A stretch of 64,000 nt of DNA from Marsupella aquatica (Eukaryota > Plantae > Marchantiophyta). A program made the position numbers and the translations under genes. Shown one piece after another: positions 11,109-24,829 of this stretch. Under the pieces are notes generated by a model. It was not told the origin of the DNA and made no database searches. It saw nothing but the letters and a program-made list of their open reading frames with translations. Numbering within the stretch: the stretch's first letter is position 1; every line of letters starts with the position of its first letter. The stretch covers positions 1,814,457 through 1,878,456 of the forward strand of contig OZ316894.1 in assembly GCA_973895155.1 (NCBI GenBank). The letters run 5' to 3'.

Positions 11109-14100
11109 ATGAATCGTTGGATTATGAAGAGGCCGGAAGACATGCTAGCCAATTCGCAGTCTAGCCCGGTCGACAAGATTTCGAGCCTGCTACAATTCGC
11201 CAGTGTGGGAACAGTACATTGTGTGAGGAAAATCCTGGACGAAGGTCTGGATGTGGACTCCTCGGATTACGATGGACGCACAGCGCTGCATCTCGCAGCC
11301 AGTGAGGGCAACCTTGGAGTAGTAGAGTTGCTATTGGAGCGAAACGCTAAGGTCAATCCAGTCGATCGGTGGGGGGAAACGGTGAGCCGCAGTTCAATCT
11401 GCATACTTGGATAGCGTTTTCCCTCAGATTGCCTATATGCTCAAATAAGTATTCATGAGATTATGTTTCGTGCAACCTTTTGGTTACGATCGATCTGGAT
11501 GTGTAGCCCTGGGTGAATGCGGAGCGGTACGTGAAAGGGGACGACAATAAACGACTTGAATATAAGAAAGTTTCGGAACTTCTCGTCGCATGGCGCGAAG
11601 AGGTATGGCTCAAGAGTTTTCATGGCTTGTCTCTACGCCAACGTTTTCGCCTTGTGAAAGACCAAATTATCTTCAGAACTTATGACCACACTCTACGTGA
11701 ATGCCGGCCTTTAGGGAACAAACCAAGTCGAACAAGACCAGGCGGAGGAACTGGAGCAGCTAGAACTGCTAGAGCAGCTGAAGGAAGATTATGAGATCGA
11801 CATCGAAGAGCTTAACTTGCAGGAAGCCCCAATCATTGGCGTGGTGAGTTGATCGAAGTTGGCTTCTTACTTAAATACAAGCTGTCGATATATCTGATTC
11901 AAAGATCCACAGGTTTCAAACAGGTTTGAGCTCTGGATTTGCTGGACGTACATCTATACTCGCCGGAACTTGCTCGAGCAGTAGGGCTGAAGGGATTGAT
12001 TCGTTGTGAGGATTGCACGAGCTTAATGATTTGTTTACGAGACTGCTGCCGGCTCTAGTCGGAAATGAGATGTAACCTCTAAAGCATATACGTTAGCGCC
12101 TGTTACTTGTCTGCCCGCAGGGTTCCTACGGACAAGTGAAGTTGGCGAATTGGAGGGGAACGAAGGTTGCAGCGAAAACCATTTTGGAGAATCTTGCAAA
12201 GAGAGAAGAAATTAAGTCAGTCATAAATTCATCTCAAATTAATTAAGTCCCGTCCTTCGAGTTTTGAGTGACTGACAATATTGGTCTGTGGCCCCACTTG
12301 ATACTTGCTTCTGTCTAGTTCTCGGAAGTTGACTGAAAAGTTAACTAATCTGTTCATTATCTCTGCAATGCTGGCTAACTGAAGAAGTAATATGTACTGG
12401 ATTCCTGGAAACCAGAAAGGAGTTCCGTATGGAGCTCTTGTTACTGCAAAGTCTCCGACACCCAAATATTGTTGAGTTCCTTGGAGCTGTTACGAAGAAT
12501 AACGACCTCGTCATTGTTACGGAGTATCTTCCCAAGGTACAGTACTGCAATTTGCATACTAATCTCTAGCTTTCTGACTGATTCTTCATGAGTCGAATGT
12601 GCAGACAGAGATCGAGTGATTAAGCTCATTGTCGGCAAGCTAGTTCAAGACAGATTGTACATAGTAACTTCCATTTTTGCGAGCACTGATAACCCGTACC
12701 CCAGTAGTATGGGAATTGCATGTTGGAAACAAAAAAGTAATCCTTGCTATGAGCAGGGAGACTTACATGACATTATCGACAGAAGGGGTCGAATCCCAGC
12801 AAGAGATGCGGTGAACTATGCCCTCGATATTTCTCGGTAAGAGCTTTGAACAGCTTTTAACAAAAGTTCCAGCTTACGATTCTTCCGTAGTGATGTATAT
12901 TTAAATCGTGTTACTTATCGACTAAAGGTCGATTTTCTCATGATCTTCAAAGCTCCTATTGAGCTGTAGCGCAATTCCGAACGTGATACAAAGATCAGAT
13001 CTGCGCATTTTTATTTTTCAGTGCTCACGAGTCACGAATTTTTTTTTCGTATTGGAAATAATTTAGGGGCATGAATTACCTGCACGAGCATAAACCGAAA
13101 GCTATCGTCCATCGTGATTTGAAACCGAGGTATGTACCTCCAAACCTGATGGATGAGGCCTCGGAATCCATAAGCAGTTGTTCGATATGTCTGAGTGCAT
13201 TGAAATGTTTCTTTTTGTTGATTCGGATTCGTACTTGACAAACAGACGAGTTGCATTATGACGTAGTTGAGATGGCTCCGTCCCTTACTTAGCAACATTT
13301 TTGCAATGTGCTGTCCTCGCTGATCCTTAGAAACCCGCCAATTAGTCCAAAGGTTCTCGGACTAGGACTGCATCGTCTGTGGTTACAGCCTGCGAGAAAT
13401 CATAGTCCAAAGATTTGGAAGACCGGCGTCTCGGGTATACTTGGCATTCCATATTGGCTTCAGATTAATTCATAGCTTGCAAGCTATTGTTCGATTTTGG
13501 AGGTTCTCATTATAGCGATGTTCCGTCAGGAACTTGCTGCAGGATGAAGCGGGCCATTTGAAGGTCGCGGACTTCGGGTTGTCGAAGTTGATGATGCCAA
13601 AAGCAAACTCTGCATATGAAATGACAGGGGGGACAGGAACTTGTAAGTCTACCATGGCACAACTGGCTAGTCCTTGGCCAAGGTACTGTTAAAGCAAAGT
13701 GTCAAGATAATTAAATGATGGGATACCGTCCGATGTTAATTTCGACTTCAAAAATTCTGCGGCTCCAGATGTTCTGGTTTGTCAAACAGAATTGAGAAGC
13801 TGCGAAAAGGACGCTCGCACGGACCAATTCCATTTGCCAACCTTGGTTGAATTGTGATCATGGAAAATTTGCATATCTTTTGTGGAAATTATGAGAGGTC
13901 TGTCACTTGGATGACTGTACATCCAGGATTGTGTTAACATCTTGTATGGAAGTGGAGACATCTAAACATCTGCATATAAATGTTCAATGTCGAAGGGATA
14001 TTGAATTATTAAGAGGCAACAGACGTGCAGGCCGCCATAACGAATATTTTCCTGGATTGCAGATCGGTACATGGCTCCTGAAGTTTTCTTACATAAAACT

Positions 14101-16771
14101 TACGACAAAAGTGTTGACGTCTTCTCTTTTGCAATTATCGTTACAGAGGTACTGATCCTGCTGGACCCAATCATTCTTTTGTCAGTTGGAACGTCAGTAT
14201 AATTGCACATAGTGAGTCAGATTTGAGAACATTTGTTCCTTGACCCAACTTATATTTTCGGAATTCGTGGTTTGAAGATGTTTGAAGGTGGACCTGCACT
14301 TCTAAGTAGTACCGGCCATGAAGTCGCACGAAAACGAGCTCATAAAGATAGACGGCCAGAGTTTCGAATGAAGACTTATCCGTCCGGAATGAAAGAGTAA
14401 GTTTCTATCCTAAGATCGATCATTCGTTGTCCTGTTCGGGTCGTATTATAGTTTAACATGTCTATTTGACAACTTTGAATCCATGTAGCCTTTTCCTGTA
14501 GCAATTATCTCATTCTACCTTGAACAACTTGGATTCCCTGAAGTTGGTCTGGCGGAGACTACAACTCGTTCTGCACATTGGTGTCGTCGAATGGGCCCCC
14601 GGCCTTTTTGAAGCGCAAACTTGTTTTACGACTTGCTTAGTGTTCATATTAATGTCGCATAGGCCGGAAACAAAGTACTAGCTGCGAGATGTAAAATTCT
14701 CAGTCCTGAATTGTAAATTTAATTTGGAGCGTAACTAGCGTTCATTGCTCTTGAGTATATCTATATTAACGAACGTGACATGAGTGGCTTGGACCTATCC
14801 TTCGAACAATCAAGGAGTATATTTTGTCATCTATGGGTTTTAATTCTTGTGAGATAGATGACGATGAAAGCGAGGGAATCCTAATGGCTGGTTTGCTTAT
14901 CTTCTGGACTGCCTCTTCCGGATTCCAAGGTATGGCCCACCGGTGAATTTACAAACGGTACTACTTAGGAAATCCGTAGGACGTCCGCCGGGATCACTAA
15001 GGATTTGGTAGATTCGTTGGAAAGTACTTAACGTCCATCATGATGAGCACTATCGACTTGGATCCTGCTGATGGGGACTTCTGGCATTGCGTCATGTATC
15101 TTCCTGCCACGGGCGGCGCGGGCTGTCAGAAATGCTCACTTCGATCTCGGCGATGTGGCATGAGCAAGAAATTGTTTTCAGAACAATCTTCCTCGTTTCG
15201 TTCGACCTATAAGTTTCTTCTTCATGATGGAACCATGCCGCCGGACTTCTCGGACGTACACGAGATATGGAGGTTTCCATTAGAAAGAGTTCAACAGGAA
15301 GAGCCAAACACACTGTTCGCCTGAACATCGGTGGGTCCGTCTTTCCTGATCGATCCGTGTCTGATTAGTTTCCAGGGCAAGAGAATATGTTTACCACGTA
15401 AAGTTTGTGTCCTTTGCGCCGTCTATTGCCCTTCCTACTTCGGTAGTTGAGGACCAAGGTAGTCCATGGTCTCCGAATTTTTCTTTGACGGTAGGCTGTC
15501 TTTTAGGTGAGATAATGCATTTGCTTTGCAGGCGGCTGCGGCCTCCGGCAACGACGTCACTGCTTTTCAGCGCCGAGGACGTCACCTTGAATAATGCTTC
15601 GATCAAAGTCTATCTTGCAGCGCTGGATTTGGCTCCTCGCTCAGGTGTTTCTTCTGCTCTCTGCTGGGCTGTCCCAGTCTCAGACATCGGTGCTCAACTT
15701 ATCTGCCCAGTGAAATCAAGACGATCAAGTAGAGCTCGGAAAATTCCCCGGCATCATGGATCGATCACTCGGCCTCGATCGCCTCCATCTTACCGTGAAC
15801 GATATGTGTTGACCTCATATATTATCAAACCCATACCATTGTTGGAGCGCCATCAATCAGACCCGGTCAAGTTGGGCAAGTCCAACCGGTCGGCCATCCC
15901 AATCAGATATTATCTTTAAGAAGTGCTCATGACGAAAGAGAAGTTTCAAAATACATCAGACCTTAAGAAAATAATTCTTTATTTAAGTACTTTTCCCTCA
16001 CAGCTGTACTCGTCAAACCTTAGTAGATCATCCATGTGGTTAATCGTTTTCTTGCTTGGGAGTAACAATAGTGCTGAGAGTTGAAGTGACTTGCTCAGAG
16101 GGATCAGTTCGAAAAAATGTAGAGTAGTTGCTATCAGACATCAAAAGGTCTCTTGGGTCACCCCTAATTCTAAGCAATCATGCACGTCGTCGATCAAGAG
16201 AATCAAAATCTCAGCATTCTACAGTAGTCAAATTATACAGCTCCCTTTTGTTCGCCTTCATGACTTGCATACATTGTAACGGAGGAGGTGCATAATGGGC
16301 AGCAATGTCTCTTTCTTGGAATTCGTGTGTGCGTGCAGACTTTTGACCGAATGCTGGGACAAGGATCCCGCGGTCAGACCGACGTTTGAGTACATCATCC
16401 GCAAACTGGAGCAGATGCTCGATGACCTGGAGGGTGCTCGCTGGCAGGCAAGGCCGATGATCACGGGCGCAATCGACAACATCTCCAATAAATGGAGAGA
16501 TTTCCAGCACAGAGTTCAGCACGCTAGATTGGCTGAGTCGGGATCCAACCTGCTTTCCATAAATCAAGGAATGTCGGTTAGACTCGTAGAACAGTCTCGG
16601 AGGGGGAAATCTGTGTCGATTGTGTCTCGCAGAGACTCCCGCAGGGGCAGTGGAAGTCGGAGGGAAGGGTTATACCCGTGGCTTTCGACTGACGAGGATG
16701 GCAGCGTCTCGTCCTTCAGTATGTCCAACGACGACAGCTTCTTCGGCAGCATTCGCGGTCGTCCTTCATAG
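11109..16771 (+). CDS. Ankyrin-repeat Raf-like protein kinase (integrin-linked kinase / VIK-like), multi-exon
   Basis: Exon 1 has DYDGRTALHLAASEG and DRWG ankyrin motifs. Later exons give GSYGQV..WRGTKVAAK (~12121), LRHPNIVEFLGAV (~12450), HRDLKP (~13110), VADFGLSK (~13565), RYMAPEVF..YDKSVDVFSF (~14065) and CWDKDPAVRPTF (~16350). GT-AG introns. Start codon approximate. Confidence 0.9.
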
Positions 16772-17627
16772 CTTGAGACACTGTACTGGAGCACAAAAAT
16801 CCTCGCAAATGCTCGGCCTCGATCAGGTCTGTCCTCGACTCTCAAGGTCGAAATAATTTGACAATCGTCGATGTTCCAATTGTGCCTAAAACACGACTAG
16901 GCGCGTCTGCAGCTGCTCCAAACCGGTACCTCACGTGTTGGGAGTGTTTTTCGCATGAGAATGATTCAGTTTGCGAGTAAGTCTCATGGGAGAATGGCTC
17001 CAGTTGACGCCGAGGGTAGCCTGGACTTCAATGTAAGGGAAGGAGCTAGATTTTGCTTGTATATATAGAAAGCATATAGAAGTTAGATTCTATCATTATG
17101 TATCAGAAATTAATTTGGATCCTGGAGTAGGCCATGATACTATATAGTCATGCGTTCGAAGCCTTTAGATATACGCTATGCTGCTACCCTAGTTCCTTTC
17201 AAGATAATGAGTTCATTGATTACTAGAACCATCTTAGATAAATATTTAGCAAAGTTAATGATTCCTCATTTTAGAAGGACTATCATTGACTGGTCCACAG
17301 GTCTCCTTGACCCCTGTAATACCATAGTTCATTTTGACATTAGAAAGGGTGTTGTAGATGCGTGCTGGGCGCACTAGCACATATTAGGGCTACTCAGATG
17401 ATGACACTGCTAGCTCAGCAATTTAGAGTGCGCTTTGACACCATATGTGTTGAACAGATGCATGATAACTCAAAGTAATAATATTTTCTTAAACTCAGGT
17501 GTCTGATTGTTGGATCATTGAGTGAGATCCAGTTGAGGACAAGAAAACCCAGTCGTAATTTCCATCTCTCAAGGCCAAAATACAGCTCAAATTGCTCCAG
17601 AAAACCAATAATTTCACCTAAACTCCT

Positions 17628-20600
17628 TTATGACTTCACGACCTGAAACCCCCTTCGAACTCTCTTGGACATATCAAAGGGCACATTGAGGATTCTCTGT
17701 ACTCTCTCAGCCTCGTTCACAACACTTTGGACAAGTGCCTCGTCTTTCTTGGCCATTCGAGTGAGTGCTCCATATGCTTCAGTTAACCTACTCACTACAA
17801 GCGAGACGTTTCCTTGCAAAGAAACCGCCACAGTGAAGGCGAGTCCCAAAACATCAGTTCTTGTAGCATCTCCATTGTGAATCTGGTCTTGCACAGCGTC
17901 AGATTCCGTTAGTAGCATATCCCTGCGTTATCATAGTAGAAGCAATAAATTAATAAAGCGTCCTAAAGATCAGATTTCCTCCTAATACATGCTTTGGTAA
18001 CTAATAGCCAATTCTCTAGAGCATCAATCCTCCAAAATGTAATTATTCCTTCTGGAAGGGAGTACCTGTAAGCAAGAGCCGCTTCCTGCACCCTCTTGCC
18101 CTGAGGAAGAGTAGGATCAAAGCCGGGACCAAATTTACCTGATATCCTTTCAATTATACTCGGAGGAGCTGAATCAGTATGCAGATTCACCTGGAAGATG
18201 GATTCATGCATGTCTTAAGTTTGCCGGACACGAAAACCCTGAATTATATATTGCAATTTATCTTCCGACCCCCTTGACTCCTATCAGAGTCCAAGTCCAC
18301 TTAAGAGGTATTAGAGCAAAGTCAGGACTTACCACCACAGTGCCATGGTTGGCATTTAAAAGAGAGCTAAGACTGCTTAGAAAAGGGCCACTTCTGTCCC
18401 ATAATTTCAACGGCACTACATCTTCTCCGTCATACGCGTCCACAAAGACCAAATCATAGTCCAACTTGGCTTTCTCTGCCCAGACATTTCGTGCTTGTTC
18501 ACGTACAAAAGCTTCGCCATCTTTCTCATGCAAAATGATCCTCTCTAGCACACCACCCCAAATTTTTGCTTGGTCCTTTGTAGCCGCACCATGTGGTGGT
18601 GGAAATCCCATTGTCTTAACTGCTGCTAAAATGACAGTTGCGTCGATCTCGACAACTTCAACAATAGCTCCTGTTTTACACCACAGCGGCTGCACACATT
18701 TAAATCCCTGAAGTTTACTGTCCATGAGGAGAAATTAAGCAGTGTCTACCCTAATTTGTTTTCTTTGTGTACATGTTTGTTTTTGTTTTTGCTTTTGCTT
18801 TTCGTTTATTTCGGTTTTCTCAGTTGTTGTTTGTGTTTTTCATTAGTCACTGATGAGGCCAGCTTCATGTATAAAACTTAGATACCATTCCTTGTAAGGC
18901 ACGCTCTTCCTCTGTAAATCTAGGACGACTCAGTGTTGATTACACTATCAAGCATCGTGCAGAGCATATCTGAACACAAACCCATAGGTTGAACATAAAT
19001 AACAATTTATTGCAACCTACCTGGCAAATTGTGGGCAAGGAAAAGAGGAAGGCTCCCCCCACCCAAGCCAATACAAAGAATACGCATCTTCTCATATCCA
19101 TTGCGCACACGTTGCAAATCAAGGCCTGATAAACTCACAGCAGATAGACCAGCTGATATCATGCTCTTCACGTCTGGGTCACAGTCGTTATGTAAACACA
19201 ATAGAGGTCAGTAGAAGAACGAACGCAATTGTCAGTTACCCAACATTCTAAACTGCCATGATCTTGTTCACATAATGTTTTGAGAACAAATAAATTTACT
19301 TGAAGGTGGTCAATCTCTCGAAAGGAAATATACTGTTGGTTCTACTATCAAAGATTGGCCCTGCAAAATTGATGATGTTGACATGCATGCATCGGTGCTA
19401 ACCCTTCGCTAAATTGAAGTTCAAGATAGAGGGAAGCCTCCCCAGTAAGAAAGTTTTGCGGGTTCAGATCACAGGCGTAGTGGCAGAAAAACTCCCTACC
19501 AGGTAAGAGGCAAGGGCTCAAATCCCTCTTATTGCCTACAAGTCCCTAGGGAGTGATACCCGTTGTGTCCCACCTTGTCATGGTCAGTCTAGAGAGAGTG
19601 AACCTCACCTAGTGTCCTTATCCTTGCAAATAATAAGGTGCTGCGCACAAGATTCAGTGTGTTCAAATAAAAAGCGAAGGATGATGAGGACGATTACCCC
19701 AACAATGCCCTCACACGGTTGAGGCCTTTACCTTAAAATACACATTCCCTCATAACGAGCTTCTAAATGCAGGTAGGTGGTAGCATGATAGGTCAGAAGA
19801 AAGTCGAGAATTTTTTGTGAACCAAGCTGGCTCACGCATAATAATGAAGTAGGTGTGTACTAAATGGGGCAAATTACAACGTAGCCATGGAATCAATTTA
19901 ATCCCACGTACATTCAAAAGCGATGCAGTTGGGTTGCTGGAGCAGGATGACATCTCCCACACCTGTAGCAAGAGCTTTAACTTTTGCTACACTTTGCCTT
20001 GTGACCCAGTTAAATCGCAAAACACGCCACTCGAACCCTAGTACCTCCTGCAGGGGTTGCTTCAGAGCTGCTTGCAGATTATTTGAATTCTGATGGTACC
20101 TGCCCAGTGATGTCAGTAAGCTCCCTCATGGCAAAAGCCAAAAGAAGATTCCACAAGTTGACAGCCCACTATAAAAGCTCCAAAGAAGTCAAATTGATCG
20201 TAAAATAAAAACTTTCAGCAATTTCACAAAGTGGGGGCAATTCATAACAACAGAGCTGGCAGACAACTTTACAAATTTCATTCTGGAACCTTCATATTCG
20301 CTAATGACTGTTGAAGAGATGAAGAAACGCTAGATGCCCAAATAGAAGCGAAGAGGAAGTCTGGAAAGAGGCAATCAAGCTGCCTCCATTTCATGTGAGG
20401 ATCAACACTTACGTGTATAGAAGCAGGATGCGATGTGACCGACACAACTCCGTTTCCCATAACAGAGGGAGCTTCAAATACAGTCTCGCCGTGATTGTGT
20501 CCCCAACCACCACCCTGTGTTCCCCACCATTCTGGGGAATATCGCCAATCTCCCTCGTCCACCTGCTTTTCTCGTATCACATCCCGAGAGAATCTCCTGA

Positions 20601-21320
20601 AGCCTGGCAAATTAAAGTAAGACGGTAATAAATAATTTTTATCTCAGCCTCAGCTTAAGGAGAACTGGCTGATGAGGCGGACCGGAACGGCTTCAAGAAA
20701 GAAATTCAGAGTCTTTGCGGATCCTCTGCCAAAACTAAGGTTAGGATGTAGACCAAAACAATGGTTAGGATGTAGACCAAAACAATCACAGTAATTTCAT
20801 TCTTAGTAATAGTGAGCACACCTTGTTCACTGGAACCCACTTGGGCATCTCCCCCTCGACCACTTGAAGCTCCAAGGCAATTGAGTAGCTTCGTTCGGGC
20901 ATTGCTGATTTCCGAGTGCCGCAGAAATTCAAATGGAACGGTACTGTGCAACCACCATCCGGAATACGACTGTCTGCTGCCTTTGACAAGCCGCCCACGA
21001 CCTCCAAATATATCCTGTAAAGTCAGCTGTACTCCACCTCCATCTGCACGAGCTCTTCGGTGAAACCTCAGACATAACCACAAGCTCGAAGGTAGCCTCA
21101 TCGATTCAACTCTACCAAGAACATCGAGCAGTTGGCAAGCTCCCAGTCCTCCTCTTCTTGAGAGCCTCCCGGATTGGAGAAGAGGGAAGGAACAGGGAGA
21201 ACAAACTCCACATTGTATGGAGCTGCAGCCAAACCAATTCGACAAGAGGGGAGCACTACTTAGAGCCGAAGGTAAAAGAGGGCTTCCAGATGCAGCGACA
21301 GAGAGGAAAGACATACCCAA
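17628..21320 (-). CDS. SAM-dependent methyltransferase superfamily protein (spermidine-synthase-like fold), probable plastid transit peptide, multi-exon
   Basis: Ser/Leu-rich N-terminus, then DWRYSPEWWGTQGGGWG, ILCIGLGGGSLPLFL (SAM-binding), VEVVEID, DLVFVDAYDG and VNLH motifs in successive exons. Confidence 0.82.
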
Positions 21321-24300
21321 GAGTCGGGGGGGGGGGGGAGGGGAGGAGCCCTGGGAGCTCTAAATCTCTATCACAATCTCCTAATGTTGTGAGAAAGATC
21401 GGATTCTCTTGCAACCCAACTGCAAGCACACTCCCTTGCCCAAACTTTTAGTACACAAATGGGAAAAGCCAGTGACAGTATAGGAATGGGAAAAGTTCAC
21501 CTCCAATTAGGTTCCAGACCTCCCAAGCCTTGTGCCTAAAGCACTTTTGTTGTCTTGTTTTTGTGGGTGCCTCGAGCACTTTGTTTGGCTTTTGTTCCAC
21601 TTTAATAGAAAATTTCACTTTACACGTGACCCAGAGCACTTTGTTTGGCTTTTTGTTTCACTTTAATAGGAAAGTTCACTTTAAAAGTGTCCGAGTGCCA
21701 CTTATACAGTAGTAGGTTAGGAAGCTCCCAAGTGGGTCCCTTGTGCAAAATGGTCCATCCTGGTTGTAGTGGTCCAAAGTAACCCTGCAAAAGTTGTTCA
21801 TGCTCATTGTGGGGGTCCAAGTAATATTTGAGAATGACTGATTGAATGAAGCAAAGTCTCCACAAGGCGTGTATCTGAGGTTGAGGTAGTTGCCGTGGTT
21901 GGGTCTTTTGGGTGGTATGTCCCAGTAGAAAACATAGAGATCAAGAATATTTATGCAATGTTCTTGTAATCAAAGAGTGCTTTGGTCATGGACCTTGTAA
22001 GGCCATTACTCACAAATATACAGGAGAGACTTAATCGGGATGGGTCAAAAATACAAGTTTGGGGGAAGGAAGCAAATGGCTACTCACACGATTTGTTCAG
22101 TTCATTTAAATATTAATTGTTTTTTATCTGTAGTTTCTAGAAAGGAGCTTTAATACCAGTAGTTTTCCATTGGTTTTACAGTCATTGGGTCTATTTGGTT
22201 TTCTTTGTTTTGCCTCAAACACAAATAGTGCGTCATGTTTGGTTTTTCTTGCATAGTTAACCTTTCTTGATTGTGACCAATAGTGCTGATGTCGTTGCAC
22301 ATGCTTCTAGGGATTTTGGAAAGAGCTTCCCATGGGAGTCTGTGATTAATTGAGTGATCGGGTTGTCCCCATTTTGCATGTGGGTTGGCTGAACCAGACT
22401 AGACTAGCCTGAGGTGACATGCTTTTAGTGTGGGGGACAAATGGAGGCTCATAATGTGGCCAAGCTGACCACCTCCGACTGTAAAAGTGAGACTTACGTT
22501 CTGGTGAGTGTCCAATGGGGGAAATTGGGTCCAGGGTAGTGAAGGTATTAGTACGGATGAAGGGGTTTATTCCAGGAAAATCGCAAGCATCCATGTGCCT
22601 GTGAACGCGTTGTGTGCCATCTCAGGTTTGTATAGCTGAGTTAAGTCAAACCACATAGGGAATGGGGACAACCTGATAATTAACTTAGTTTTGGGGGCAA
22701 GCTAGTATTTTTTACCAGTTTGGGGGATCATAGGATAGTAGCAATTGGTTTATATCAACAGGGTAGTGAGTGGTTTTAATCAAGTTACGTATCTCACTGG
22801 TTAATGCACCATATAACCATCTAGGTCAGTTGAGCTGTCGTTTGGTCAGCTGGAGCTTTGTAGAGCTTCCTAGTAGGTAGGAACTATATTATCAACTAGA
22901 AAAATATAAACTGACGGTTTTCCCCTCAAGCTAGTCAAAATTTTGCTAAGGTTTCCTATTTTTCATAATTCTGCAGTGAGCTCATTTGAGATTGGCTAGA
23001 CCCATGCCTCCCACTTTTACTAGTACAATAGAGTGTGACAATTGTTCTTGTATCTTGCAATGACTCGCATAATTAGAGAAGTTTTTTGTGCACAAAATAG
23101 AGCATGGCAATTACACTTTACTGGAGCTATTCACTTTCTCCCCATTTTACCAGATTGTTCAATACTTCACTACCTTTGCTCCCGTGCCTTGGTCACTCTA
23201 TCTGAAGTACATCAGTTGACATACCAGTCTTCTTGGCTTGATAAGTGGCCTTAGCAGCCAGTCTTCTTGGCTTTAGTCCACATGACGTTTTTTCTATATA
23301 TCTGCATTCTATTCAAAAACCCATGAGTTAGCCCAGCACCACCAATTGGACAAAATTGATGAAACCTATTTCCAGATTTTTGATCAACCAGGAGTTAACT
23401 ATGTGGAATTGGCAGTTTCACACCAAGATGTTCCACATATTTAAAATTAAAAAAAAACAAGCTTTGTTCCTCATGGTAATCCACTGTCTATGAGTTTCTA
23501 ATTAAATCCTGTCTTTGATAAATTAGTGGACTCAATTCAATTCTGGTAAATCAGAGTACTCAATCCAATCTACTTACTATAATATACAATCCCGCAATCC
23601 CGCCTTTTTGTGCTCATCGTCCGCTTACAAAATTCACTTTTGGAGGGAACTCATTATGACCATTGGATTTAGAACTTAAATTTTCCTGCCCATCAGATCT
23701 CTGTAAGGAAGAATAAAGAGTTTGTCCTAGCCTGAGGCACGGATCCATGGGCTTCCACCCACACCTAGACTCATATACAAACATCTAGAAAAAGGTCATT
23801 GGAAATTGAGTTGACATGTGGCTATCATGGGTAGATGGGTCGGACAAGAAAATCTAAGTAGACCCCACTCTAAGTAGACCCCACATGACTGCCCCATTCA
23901 CGGAAAGTAAGAAGTATAGACAACGTACAATACAAATTAAGTTGTGAGTTCAAAAGGGATGATTTATAGGAAAGTGGAAAAAAATTAAGTCTACTAGGAG
24001 TAGTGAAAACATTGTTTTTTTTCTAATCTCTATAAAGTACTTTTCCAGGTTACATTAACATTCAATCCTATATTCTTTATTGCAATAACCTTATTGACCA
24101 AAGACACAATGGCCCCAAGAATAAAATGGCCCCAACAACGAAATGGCCGGAGTGATAAATGATTGTAACAATAAAATGGTTAAAAAGGACAAATGTGCAA
24201 TGCAAGTTAGGGCAATGGGTTTCTATATATGTCATATTTCAAATCATATTATAAAAAACTATCTCATCTCAAAGAGTTAGTGCAATCTACAAAAGTGGAA

Positions 24301-24829
24301 AAGGAAGGAACAAACCAATACCATCAATATATTTCAATGATTTTGACACCCTTGGATTGAGTGAAAGGGATCACCTATGGAAATGAATACCATGGATATT
24401 TTTGCTCTTAAAGTAGGTGTTTACAAACTACATGTGCTGGCTAACTACTTTCAAAAATGACATGTGCATAACATTGGTATCACATTTGTTTTGTTTTTTT
24501 TGCTAAGGAGAAGAGAGATTTTCATTTTCTGAGAGATCATTTATCTTTTGCTCCATGTTGATTCTTCTTCTCTTTCTTAATCATGTTGGGAAGGGAGGGA
24601 GGGTGCCAAAGAGCCAGGATGGGAGACTGGAAAAGGAGAAAGGAAGGGCACAGAAGAGGAGATTGAAGAAAAAAGGAAAAAAATGTGAATTATCTCCCTC
24701 CATATAGCTAAGGGCGACCACACTTGACCCTGTAACACCCCAGCCGTCCCCGGCCTGTCTTGCGTTCCCTCCCATGCTCTCACCCTTGCCACAACATTGC
24801 TTTCACAATAGCACCTTGGGACATACATT

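Noticed and set aside
17628-21320. Host SAM-methyltransferase as part of a DNA-methylation system with the transposon enzymes
   Set aside because: Its motifs are spermidine-synthase-like with a transit-peptide-like leader; it looks like an ordinary conserved plant gene, so the proximity is likely coincidental.
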